Assembly: GCF_001194135.2 (NCBI RefSeq)
Contig: NC_068984.1
Coordinates: forward strand, 127,771,002-127,826,641
From: Octopus bimaculoides
Lineage: Eukaryota
Direction: 5' to 3'
DNA length: 55,640 bases
In this document: in pieces, positions 37,189-48,775 of the stretch
Numbering within the stretch: position 1 is the first letter of the stretch
Layout of the letters: each line of letters begins with the position of its first letter
Notes under the pieces: model-generated
The model's database searches: none
The model's input: only the letters and a program-made list of their open reading frames with translations
What the model was told of the DNA's origin: nothing
Position numbers and translations under genes: made by a program

Positions 37189-38018
37189 ATATCCTGTTGA
37201 AATCTGTTGGATGTTATTGATGTATTTCAGAAATATAAAACACTGAATATTTTGTTCAATAGGAATTCAACATTAAATAGCTGTAATATCTTCTCATTGT
37301 CATAAATCTAAATTTCCATTGAAATATTTTAAAATGTTGAACATTTGAATGCTAAAGAGCAATGTACTAACTATACTGTTACGCGCACCAAACAAATTTT
37401 TATTAACATGCATCTCATATTCAACATTCTTGTCATAAATTGCAATTGTTGTTGAAATATTTAAAAATATCTCATGCTTGAAAGTTGGATGGTCTAAAAT
37501 CATAATATTACATGTGCCAAACAGATCAAAAGGTCTTTTATTGCTAATGGATATCTCATATTCAATTTTATATTTAAGAATATAAGATCAGATGATTCAT
37601 ATTACTTAAGAATTGGTAAAATTTGAAACTCAGTCACAATTTGTAAAGCTTCAGCCTAAAATTAATTTTGCATCCTGTCCTCTTTTCTTTCTATGTCTTT
37701 TACTTTCGATACACATACAAACACATATAGATAGATAGGTAGACAGACAGATAGATAGATAGAGAGGGAGAGATACATACATACATATGTACATACATAC
37801 ATGCAAATGTGCATGTCTGTGTGCGTAAATATGTCTGTGCATATGAATGTGAGTATGTGTATGCGTGTTGTATGTGTACTTTCGCATCCTCATCATGATG
37901 TTGTTTATGATTACCGTAAAAGTATGCCTGGCCATTCTGTTGTTAATTTGGCAAAAGACCAGGGGGTAAAATTCCTTATCTGCATACAAGTAAGGGTTGG
38001 TGGTAGGAAGAGTACGCA

Positions 38019-38852
38019 CCTGTAGAGTACTATCTTGACAAAGTCTCATCCAATCCATGCTAGCATGGAAAAAAGTGGTTGTGAAAATTACGATGCTGTT
38101 GTCAATATATCATCATCACCATCAATTGTTTTAGCATCCACTTTTCCATGCTTCTACAAGTCAATAAATTTGTATGTATGTTTGTATGAATGTATGTATG
38201 TAAGTGTGTGTATGTATTTGTACTAGTATAGGCACAGACATGACTGTGATTAAGAAGCTTGCTTCCTATATATACTTACTTGGGTAATCTCAGATTTGGT
38301 GTTGTTATCATCGTTACTTATGATTGTAAGTGCAAAAATGGCACTTGATGGAAAATATTGCTTTTTTCTTTTGCTGTAATCCCTTCTGAATAATGCTAAG
38401 TTATTAAGTAAAAATCTATATTTTTTTATTTATACAGAAAAAAGAAAATACTTACTGATTAATCTTTACTGCAGAAAAACTGGGTACCTCAGTTCTTTAC
38501 ATGTGCACTTGAGACATAAGAACAGAGTTGACTCATTTTTGATAGTAGGATACTTTCTAAAATTCTCCACATTTCATATGACATAGTATGCATATTATAT
38601 TTTTACTGGTCAATATAAAGAGGTTGTGGGAACTGATTTGCATATGATTTGCATGTTACATCAGCAGCAAATATTTAATCTGAACAGTAAAGGTTAAAGC
38701 TCAGAAAATGCACCAAGCTGTAGAATACTATCTCAACAAAGTCTCATCCAGCCCATGCCAACATGGAAAAAAGTGGTTGTAAAAATTATAATGCTGTTGT
38801 CAATATATACCATCCTCATCATTATCATTGTCATCATCATTATTTTAGCATC
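38019..38852 (+). repeat. Local direct duplication (~38019-38140 and ~38718-38852)
   Basis: Both copies read ctgtaga.tactatct..acaaagtctcatcca.cccatgc...catggaaaaaagtggttgt.aaaatta..atgctgttgtcaatatat...ttttagcatc. Confidence 0.85.
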
Positions 38853-40914
38853 TGTTGAGATAGATTAGCTTAACCAAAGAGGAAAACTTAGAAACACATT
38901 TTAAATGTTCCTCTATGCCTACATGTCTGTTGTTGACGGTACTAGTATAAGAAGATATAAACATCTATTTGCATTCTAAGACTTCCATTTGCACAACAGA
39001 TTTTGTTGTTTGTTCTTTCTGTGGCACAAATAAACACTTTTCAATGAAGTTTCAACATTTTAGAAAAGGTAACGTGAAAATACTGACTTTGGGAAATAAA
39101 ATTAAAATTTTTTCAAATGTTTGCCTTTGTGATTTATTTATTATCATTTCCATTACTAATTTAATTAGAAATGGCTTTCTTATTAATGCAAATGAAGACA
39201 CATAAGTGCACAATATCTGTTGTGGTTATTTTGATGTGGGGTTGGTGATGGCAGCAGTCAGTGGCAAATGTGTAAGGCAGCTAAGTGGTGTACGGACATA
39301 TGATTTTTCTTTGAATTTTATCTAAGTTCTTCTTATGAGAGTTCAAACAAGTTGCTAATAAAGCAACAAGGCTATGTATGAATGTATGTATGTGTGTGTA
39401 TGTATGTACGTACGTATGTATGTATATATGTCATTATTTAGTTTTATTTCAAGATTTCTTGCCAATAGAGAAAGAGCTGTTTGTATGTATGTATGTAGTA
39501 TGTTATATATGTATGTATGTCCTCTTCTGTTTTTAATTATTTAGTGCCTTCCTGTAAGAAAGAAGTTAGTTTCTAACAAAGATACAAGTCTCCATCATTG
39601 GAATGTAGACAGCAAAAACATTGTCACATTTTGAACTTGAAAAAAGCCTTGCATATTTTTACTGTTCCACTTACAGATTGTATTTGTAATGTATGAGTTA
39701 GCTGGTTGATTTCTTTTTCTGAAAACCCTAGCTTATCCAGATTGTTACTCAGGTATTTACTCATAAGACCAAGTGCACAGATCGTTATTGGCTCAAATGT
39801 GAATTTATAATCTGTAGAAAGAAACTGAAGATTTCAAAGCTGGTCTTGGTAGCTATCCTCTTTCACCGTGATTTTCAAAGAGATATCTATGTATGTATGT
39901 ATGTACATATCGAGCAGAGGTCATTAGCCACTAACGGAGCCGTAAATGCAAAATATAAGTTAGTCCTAGAGCGCACAATGTTCCTGAAGGTCAGCAATGG
40001 TCTTCCTCGGTCATGAGTGGACGGCCATCATGTATGTATGTACATATTCATATATCATGATTGTGAGCCCAACACTCTAACCACTGAGCCATGTGCCATC
40101 ACCATATATTTGTATATTTATATAGATATATATATATATTTGTATATGTATGTATGTGTGTGTGTATATATATATATATACTTGTATATGTACATATATA
40201 ATGAGTGTGCAAATATGTATGTATGTTAGTATTATGTTTTTAATATAAATATAAGTGTGTGTATATAGAGGCTGTTACTAGAATGGGAATGTAAATAAGT
40301 GTGTGTTATAGTATGGTGGTGCATAGCAAGTTTGTTGCATTAGTGAAAACTAATTCAAGCGATGCATGTATGTATGTATGTATGTGGAGGAATTCAAGTA
40401 TGACTCATTTTGTAGTTTGTGTACTTACCTCTGGAAGTACATTTAAATAAATCCTACTGCAGAATTATATGTTTACATCATATGTTAATGTCAATATTTA
40501 CACAAGCTACTTCTATTTAATAAGAATATATAAACATGAAGTTGGGTGCATATATCTGCATATATATATATATTCATGCATGCATATTATTGAATAAGCC
40601 TCCATCACTGGAATTTGAATAACAACAACGGAGAAGAGTTACATGTTGAAGTTGGGAAATTTTTGCCTATTTTTGCTATTCAGCTAAGAGATTGTATTTG
40701 TAAATTGCATGTTAGTTACTTTCTTTCCTGAAAATGCCAGCTGTTCAAGGTTGCCATTTAGATATTTCTAACAATAATTAGGGATGTAGCTAGAACTTGC
40801 ACCATTTGGAAGCCCTTAAGTTTTTCTTTCCTATCCAAAGGCATATAATATCTATTGAAAATGCTTAAACAAACGAAAAGGTGGACAGACATACAGAGAA
40901 AATCTTTTATACTT

Positions 40915-41312
40915 TCTTTTATCTTTTGCATGTTTCAGTCATTATACTTTGACCATACTGTGGCATTGCCTTGAAGAATTCTTTTGTTGAATGAATCAAC
41001 GCCAGTATTTAACATTTTTTTTGTTTTGTTTTTTGCTAAGAATGGTACTGATTCTATCAGCCTTCTTTTGCAGAACCACTAGGTTACTGCAATACAAACA
41101 AATACTAGTTGTCAAGCAGTGATGGGGGACAAATGCAGACTCAAAGACACAAACACACACACACATGACAGGCTCCCTTCAGTTTACATCTACCAAACCC
41201 ACTCATATGGTTTTGGTCAGCACAAGGCTATAGTAGAAGACACCCAAAGTGCCATGCAGTGGGACTGAACGTGGAACCATGAAGTTGAGAAGCAAGCTTC
41301 TTACCACACCAT
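40915..41312 (-). mobile_element. SINE family A, near full-length
   Basis: Reverse complement of 21064-21432 from tail to head. Confidence 0.85.
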
Positions 41313-41330
41313 TTTTTACATTTACTATGC

Positions 41331-41500
41331 ATGTGGCTGAGTGAGTAGAGAATTGCACTCTTGATTGCAAGATTGTGGTTTCAATTCCCAGACTGGGCAA
41401 CATGCTGTGTTCTTGAGCAAATCACTTCATTTCACATTGCTCCGGTCCACTCAGCTGAAAGTGGGTAGCCCTGTGATGAACTGGCTTTCCGTTGAGAGGG
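41331..41500 (+). mobile_element. tRNA-derived SINE (M2), left arm of an inverted pair
   Basis: gattgtggtttcaattcccagactgggcaac...gttcttgagcaaatcacttcatttcacattgctcc. Confidence 0.85.
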
Positions 41501-41544
41501 AATGTTTGCCTGCCTACCTAACCAGTGGGGTAAAAAGGCAAAGG

Positions 41545-41788
41545 TAAAGTTACCTTCCTGAGTCACACTGGCCCATAGGGGCCAGATTCCCAATTTCATA
41601 TATATTTTCCCCACCTGGATGGGACACCGGTCCATTGCAGGATTATTCATTATTCTCAGTTGATTGAACTGGAGCAATGTGAAATGAAGTGTTTGCTCAA
41701 GAACACAATGTGTTGCTCAGTCCAGGAATCAAAACCACAACCTTATACTCATGAGTCCAACACCCTAACCACTGAGCAATGCACCTCC
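41545..41788 (-). mobile_element. tRNA-derived SINE (M2 + X-like tail), right arm of an inverted pair
   Basis: ggagcaatgtgaaatgaagtgtttgctcaagaacac...ccctaaccactgagc. Confidence 0.85.
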
Positions 41789-41939
41789 ACATACTTACCA
41801 GTGGGGCAACATCATTCAAAAGCTATAACAATGTGAGGAAGCACATTGTGACCAGCGGTGTATAACAACATCCAATAGTCTTGTTGTTACAGTGATACAG
41901 AGATTTACTTGTAAGGTGAGAAAAATTGGCTGCAATATT

Positions 41940-42075
41940 CTGCAGTTATTTTTCTTGGTTTTCTACTGGTCAGTTTGGGGCTATAGTAGAAGACACTTGC
42001 CATAGCTGCCATGCAGTGGGACTGAACCTGAAACAAAATGGTTGGGAAGTGAACTTCTTTAACTTCACAGCTACA
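41940..42075 (+). mobile_element. Family A-related sequence; the gtagaagacacttgcc..gtgggactgaacc core reads as in minus-strand copies
   Basis: ggtcagtttggggctatagtagaagacacttgccatagctgccatgcagtgggactgaacc. Orientation assignment is tentative. Confidence 0.6.
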
Positions 42076-43707
42076 CCGGCACAAAACTTCACCTATGCCA
42101 TACTCATGAGTGTGTGTGTGTGTGTGTGTTGACACACACATGTAGACTGCAGAATCAAAGAACTGCATAAACATTTAACAAATTTGAGAAATGTCTTTTA
42201 TATATTTTCAATTTACTTAGCTATTGCCATGAAAATCTCATAAAAAGAAATTTCATTTATCATAGACCTTCTGAATTCTCTACATTTTAATCAAGAAGCT
42301 TCGATGGATGGATTTTACACAATCTTCAACTGTGAAAACACTTCCTCCCTACACTTTACAAATGGTCTGTTCTAGACAATTTAATAACCAAATATTGGGA
42401 CTATGATATTTAGTAATACTGAAGGCATGCATCATGAATATTTATTTGTAAATACTAAGCATGAAATAAATCAATACATGCTAGAATTATTTGAGTAAAT
42501 ATTACATTTACTGATATTAAATGTTGCATAAGAGATTTTTCAATTTTCTAGTTAAGTTTTACAGAAATTCTCTTGACAGTCACTAAAAACTCATAAATAA
42601 GTATTTTGTACCCAGGAATCTGAAAATGGTTCAATGAACATATAAGATTGGTGTACAAACTGAGAGAATTAAAAAGCTTCTATTTCTGTATAAATAAATA
42701 TTTAGCATTTTAGTTTTAAAATATATATTTTTCCATTCTATGTGGGTTGACTAGATCTGCTGAGTAATTGGCTAGATTCACTGCTGATATTTATACTCAG
42801 CATTTTGCCTAGCATACTAACAATTCTGCCAGCTCGCCACCTTACTTATTAGAAATATTAACCAAATCTCCTTCAAATCAAGCCCTGCAGTCTTCAGAAA
42901 GGAAGACCATATTAAATAATGTAAACTTCAATGCTTCCTGTTTGAAAAGAAAATGAGACGGTCATGTTGGAACATCTTAGTCTTAGATCTGCTGTATCAG
43001 AGACTAACCATTAACACATCAACAACTCTAACAACACTTAGGTACTTAGTAAAATACTGTATTTTATACATCAGAGTATCTTCAATTTAAATTAATGTAT
43101 TCAATTCATCTGTAATGTTTTTGAAGATCTGTGAATGTGTCGTTAACAAAAGATTTAATAACTTGAGGTGAATTAATGCTTTATAATACTTTACACATAA
43201 ACACATTAATAATACACTTGCATGAGTGTGATATTATACCAAAGGTGATATACGCAGCTTGTATCTTTACTTCTATATAATTTTGTAATAATAACATTCA
43301 GGTCCTATCCTATTAACAGCTTACATTCTTCTATTCATTTTCCAATTTGCAGACATTGGTTGTTAACAAAAGGACCTCTGAACATTACACAATCTCATTT
43401 TCTTTTCCCTATAAATTTAAGGTGTGACAGCAGCTATACTATAAATGAATTATTATATCATAGAATGATGAATTGGTATTTCTTTGTCAGTATATATCAT
43501 ATTCATCTTTAGTTTGTTAAGGAATGAGTTGTACCCATAGATCTGTCATGTTTTGTATTGTTATTAGCAAGTAAGAAGTTTCGTCTTTATTTTCATTTTT
43601 ATTGATGGGAAGTTGGGAGATTGGATAACAGTTGTCATCTGTTTTATACTTTTATATCACTTTTGTTTCTACTTTTCTGAGTTAGTATCTATTTGATTTA
43701 TTATTAC

Positions 43708-43920
43708 CGGCAGATAGCTGGCAGAATTGTTAGCACACTGGGCAAAATGTTCCATGGCATTTCATCCATCTATATACTCTGAGTTCGAATTCCACTGAGC
43801 TTGACTTTGCCTTCCATCCTTTTGGGTCGATAACATAAGTACCAGTTGAACACTGGGGTTGATGTAATCGATTTATCCTCTTACCTGAAATTGCTGGCCT
43901 TGTGTCAAAATTTGAAACCT
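43708..43920 (+). mobile_element. SINE family B, near full-length
   Basis: ggcagatagctggcagaattgttagcac...ctgagttcgaattcc...gctggccttgtgtcaaaatttgaaac. Confidence 0.88.
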
Positions 43921-44139
43921 TTGTTATTGGTGGTAAAGTTGCCCACTGGTAAAGTTGTCCACCTGTTGATGTTGATCCTCTTTAGAGGCTCAACATTTTG
44001 AGATCAGTCTTCACCACTTTGTCCCATATCTTGTTGCATCTGCCTCTTCTACATGTCCCTTCCATATGTAGTGACCAGCACTTCTTTATATATCTGTCCT
44101 CATCCATCCATATAATATATATAAAATAGACTCCCAAAC

Positions 44140-44285
44140 AGTTTCTGTCAATCAGATTCACTCAAACAGTATTCATCAATCTGGAGTTGTAGTAGAAGAC
44201 ACTTGCCCAAGGTGCTGTGCAGTGGTACTGAACCCAAAACCACATGGTTGCAAAGTGAACTTCTTAACCACACAGCCATGCTTGC
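44140..44285 (-). mobile_element. SINE family A, partial copy
   Basis: gtagaagacacttgcccaaggtgctgtgcagtggtactgaaccc...ttaaccacacagccatg. Confidence 0.85.
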
Positions 44286-44972
44286 ATTCTTATAAAATAT
44301 ATTTAAATACAAAATATATTTTCATCAAGAATGAAACACAAACTGATTTGCCGATTAAGATAAACTGCAAAGCATACTATTAAATCCAAAATGAAAATAT
44401 GGACACTGGACATAAATTTTTCTGCAGCCATTTGCTTGAGAAATCAGAAGGACAAGTTGGGGACATGGAAACAATAAATATTCTTGTCTATAGAATATTC
44501 ACAAGTTGTTAACTTTATTCCAATGATGGAATTTATCTATAGCTACTTCATCACTCTCTCTGGCGCCATCATACAAAGACTTGTGAAAAATGCTGAAATT
44601 AAATAATCAGAAGGCATTAAGCTTTATGGCAAATTCAATATTGATTTTAGTTCCAGGAACAAGAAGATGGAGATTGTTCTGTTGTTCAAGAATTTCTCTT
44701 AAGTAGGAAAGAAATTATCAAATAGAAAAGGTTCAGGGAAAAAAAAAGTGTGATAAATGAAAATATACTTACTCTATGAATGGAGGAAGAAATTTGTCTT
44801 AAATTCTGGCTTTTTCTATTTTGGATGAGAACATTTAACAATTAACAAAATCATAAATATACATGGTTGTTTGATTAAGAAATTCATTTCCTAACTATGA
44901 TGTTTCAGGTTCAAGCCCACTGTGTAGCACTTGTGTACATATCTCCTACTAAACTGAATGAAGCCTATCCTG

Positions 44973-45012
<40 letters not shown>

Positions 45013-45888
45013 AAAATGAAAAATAATAATAAGGCAGAATGCTAAACTGAAAGCATATTTTAATATAGATTTCTAACCGGCTTTCATTGCATAGCAAATT
45101 TTCAAGAAGAGGGAGAATGAAAATGTTTTTTACAAAAAAGTAAAAAATAATATATAAAAAAATAAATATACCAATACATTATATTGTCTTTGAGCTTTTA
45201 AAGTTCAATGGGAATCCATGTAGATAATAGTTGGAAAAATTAGGATGCATGAAATTGAGAGTTGTGTTAGGTTTAAAAAAAGAAAAGGAGCTGAAGGTTT
45301 GTGTTAAGCAGGAAGTGTGGTGTCAAAACAGGAAGTGTGTGTAAGGGAAGACAATTCTGTGGGTTTCATACTCTTTAGTTGGAGTTCTGGACTCTTTGTA
45401 ACTAAATAAGCGTTGAATTTGACCAAGTCATCTGAATGTAAAAAGGTTAAGGGAAACGTGATAAGCAAAAGCAAATGTTTTGAAGTATGAGTGAAAAAGT
45501 TTATGTATGTTTGTGTGAGTGCCATGTCCTTTGCTTAGACTGTCTTCCAGAGCTTTACTTTCTAAAATAAAGATGTAAAATAATTGGAATAGAGGAGAGT
45601 GACAAAAAATGGCATAAAATAACGAGTAAAATGAAGCTAAAGGAAGAAAGGAACAAACAAATATAATCTATCTTCTATCTTTTATTTGCTTCACTAATTG
45701 AATTATAGCCATGTTTGAGTACCAGCTTGAAGTGTTCAGTTGAACAAATTGACACTAGTGCTTATTCACTTTTAAATCTGATACTTATTCTATTGGACCC
45801 TTTTGTTGAATTGGTAAGTTACGGTAATGCAAACAAATTAATTCTTGTATAGAGGTGGACAAATGCAAGCACTAACACACACACATGC

Positions 45889-45930
<42 letters not shown>

Positions 45931-46428
45931 TCCAAAATGTAACTACATGTGGATTGTTGGTGATTTTTTTCCTTCTATCTTTTTCTCTTGGGCTTACCTC
46001 TTGTCTCCTGTTTCTGAAGAAGAGATTTGCTTGAAATGTAAAACACCCTTTCTTTCCTTCCCCGNNNNNNNNNNAATTATAAATTGGACAATAAAAATCA
46101 ATACAATAATATAAAGTACGAAAGTATAAATGTATAAAAGTCAGTGCTAGTACATAGACTACGCGTGTTTCATGGCTGAAATAGGACTATATAAAATCAT
46201 AAACAAATGCTATCCAAGTTCATTAGAACGGGGAAATGATTTTACTCCCAAAATCAGTCACTCTTTCGATCAAATCCCTAAGAAAATACCCAAAATCAAT
46301 CAAGGAATAAACATAAACATGAGAAATGAAAATATATATAAAGAGACAAAATCTGTAAACTAATCCCTACATTAACGGTATTAAAATAATTATTAAGAGT
46401 TACAATCTAAAAATATTGACAAAGAGTA

Positions 46429-47277
46429 TTATAGTGAATAAGGTTAAAACATTATGGAAGAAATAAATAATAGTAAAAAAATGTGCTAGTGTAAAAGTTA
46501 ATAAAAGACGAATATTGTTTAGAAAATTAAAATTAGAAAACATGACTTATCTGCCGGCGAGTAACTGTATATTAAACCAAAAATGGGTATGCTATAGAAT
46601 TTATACTAAAAGGTCACGTGATAAATATGGCGTCTATTACCCAGAAGTAAATTCGTATTATAATTACTAAAATAATAACGAAAATATCAAAAAAGAAAAT
46701 TTACCTGAAATAAAAAGTTTCGTGAGGATTAAAAATACTAAAATTCTTAAACTCGCAAATTAACGCAGAATAATAACTATATCACATACGAAAATTCTAT
46801 ATTAAGTAAATAATACTAAGAAAACATAAAAGACCGCTCATATTATCGTTGAATACTTTATAGTCCAAGGTTAAATCATTATGAAGTAAATAATAGTAAA
46901 AAAATGTGTTAGTGTATAAAGTTAACAAAAGACGTTTGTCAATATTGTTTAGAAAATTAACATTAGAAAACATAACTAATTTGCCGGCGATTTACCGTAG
47001 ATAAACCAAAGAGGGAGTACCATAGAATTAATACTGAATGGTCACGTGATAAACATGGTGTCTATTACAAGAGGTAAATACGTAAAATAATAACGAAAAT
47101 ATCGAAAAAGAAATCTACCTAAAATAAAAAGTTTATTGAAGATTAATAATACTAAAATACTTAAAACTCAGATTTACGCAGAATAATAACTATACCACAT
47201 ACGAAAATTATATATTACTTAAATAATACTATGAAATATTGTAAAAGACTGCTCATATTATCGTTGAATAAATACTT
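46429..47277. repeat. Tandem duplication, two diverged ~430-bp units
   Basis: Anchors: ttatagt at 46429/46858, GCCGGCGA at 46553/46983, GGTCACGTGA at 46612/47040, and gctcatattatcgttgaata at the end of each unit. Confidence 0.9.
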
Positions 47278-47486
47278 AAACTAAAGGTAGTTATATGTTT
47301 TAATTTTGTATAATATTGTGATTAAAGTGTATTCTAAAGCTAATTAGATGTATTTTGCGCTATTGATCATAACTATAAGTTGGTACTTAATCCTATGTTT
47401 AGATAGATAAATTAGTTATCTAAACTTATTATATAAGTAATTTAATTTATGTCTGCATTTAATATTACATTCATCATATATATTTC

Positions 47487-47563
47487 GTTTACGGCATGAA
47501 CTTACACTTTCATGGCTTAAGCTTTGAGACAAGCATATGACTACTGGCAGGATCAACCAGGTA
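47487..47563 (-). rRNA. 18S rRNA: 18S rRNA 5' end fragment (orphon/pseudogene)
   Basis: The reverse complement reads TACCTGGTTGATCCTGCCAGTAGTCATATGCTTGTCTCAAAGCTTAAGCCATG..., the universal eukaryotic SSU 5' terminus. Clear similarity stops after ~75 nt. Confidence 0.93.
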
Positions 47564-47780
47564 TCGTCGTCGTCGTAGCGTCTTCGTCGTCGATCGGCAA
47601 GCGGAAGGGGGGCGCGGTCGCGAGCGCGGAACGCCTCGACGACGCCCGATGCCGTCGCCGTCGCGCGAAAACAAACGAGTGAGGCTGAATCGGCCGCCGC
47701 CGAGTCGTTCGAACGAGCGCTCGGAGGCGGCGGCCGTTCGTACGTACGCGTTCTAATCCGCCGCTCTGCGGTAGCAGCGG
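47564..47780 (-). other. GC/CpG-rich sequence immediately 5' of 18S, probably the 5' ETS
   Basis: Abrupt switch to GC-rich, CpG-dense sequence adjoining the 18S start on the minus strand. It ends at a 10-N gap. Confidence 0.75.
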
Positions 47781-47790
47781 NNNNNNNNNN

Positions 47791-48151
47791 AGTATTTAGG
47801 GCAGCGGCTCGCGGTCATAGGATCGCGGTTTCGATTCCCAGATCGGGCGTTGTGAGTACTTATTGAGCGAAAAACACTTAAAGCTCCACGAGGCTCCGAC
47901 AGGGGATGGTGGCGAACCCTGCTTTACTCTTCCACCACAACTTTCTCTCACTCTTTCTTCCTGTTTCCGTTGTACCTGTAATTCAAGGGGTCAGCCTTGT
48001 CACACTGTGTCACGCTGAATATCCCCGAGGACTAAGTTAAGGTTACACGTGTCTGTGGATTGCTCAGTCACTTGCACGTTTATTTCACGAGCAGGCTGTT
48101 CCGTTGTGCGGATTGACTGGAACCCTCGACGTCGTAAGCGACGGAGTGCCA

Positions 48152-48163
<12 letters not shown>
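47791..48163 (+). mobile_element. Young tRNA-derived SINE (middle M1 + tail Y)
   Basis: B box ggtttcgattccc, M1 shared with 29545, tail Y shared with 21649, retained CpGs and a (CAA)n tail. Confidence 0.9.
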
Positions 48164-48194
<31 letters not shown>

Positions 48195-48290
48195 CAAAAA
48201 CACAATAACAAAAAAACAAAAAAACAACAAAGTGAGGACGTGATATGGATAGTATTATTGGACGCTCAGGAAAGGAAAGAGAGAGTGTAT

Positions 48291-48317
48291 GACGTTTCGG
48301 GCGTAGCCCTTCGTCGG
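48291..48317 (-). ncRNA. Degenerate minimal hammerhead-like motif (Penelope-type terminal-repeat signature)
   Basis: The minus strand reads CCGACGA-A-GGGC-TAC-GCCC-GAAACGTC: stem II GGGC/GCCC and the palindromic ACGT stem III. U4 is replaced by C and stem I does not pair. Confidence 0.5.
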
Positions 48318-48469
48318 AAAGATGGAAAGTTCGGAGAATGGAAGAACGGAGAAAGAGGAAAATGGTACCGATGCCCACGAGGTTACATGATGAATATATA
48401 TATATATATGATAGATAGATAGATAAATATTGAAAGATAGATAAATACATACATATATATATATATATA

Positions 48470-48700
48470 TTCTTTTACTTTATTTCTATTTTACTTGCTT
48501 CAGTCATTTGACTGTGGCCATGCTGGAGTACCACCTTTAGTTGAACAAATCGACTCCAGGACTTATTGTTTGTAAGCCTAGTACTTATTCTATCAATTTC
48601 TTTTGCCGAACCATTAAGTTACATGGATGTAAACACACCAACATCAGTTGTCAAGTGATTGGGGGGGGGGGCACAAACACAGACACACAAGTGCATACAT
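48470..48700 (-). mobile_element. SINE family A, 3' half
   Basis: ttcagtcatttgactgtggccatgctggagtaccacc...gtacttattctatc...cacaaacacagacac. Confidence 0.88.
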
Positions 48701-48702
48701 AC

Positions 48703-48770
<68 letters not shown>

Positions 48771-48775
<5 letters not shown>

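Noticed and set aside
47487-47563. Functional rRNA gene
   Set aside because: Only ~75 nt match clearly, and there is no remaining intact 18S, ITS, 5.8S or 28S in the window.
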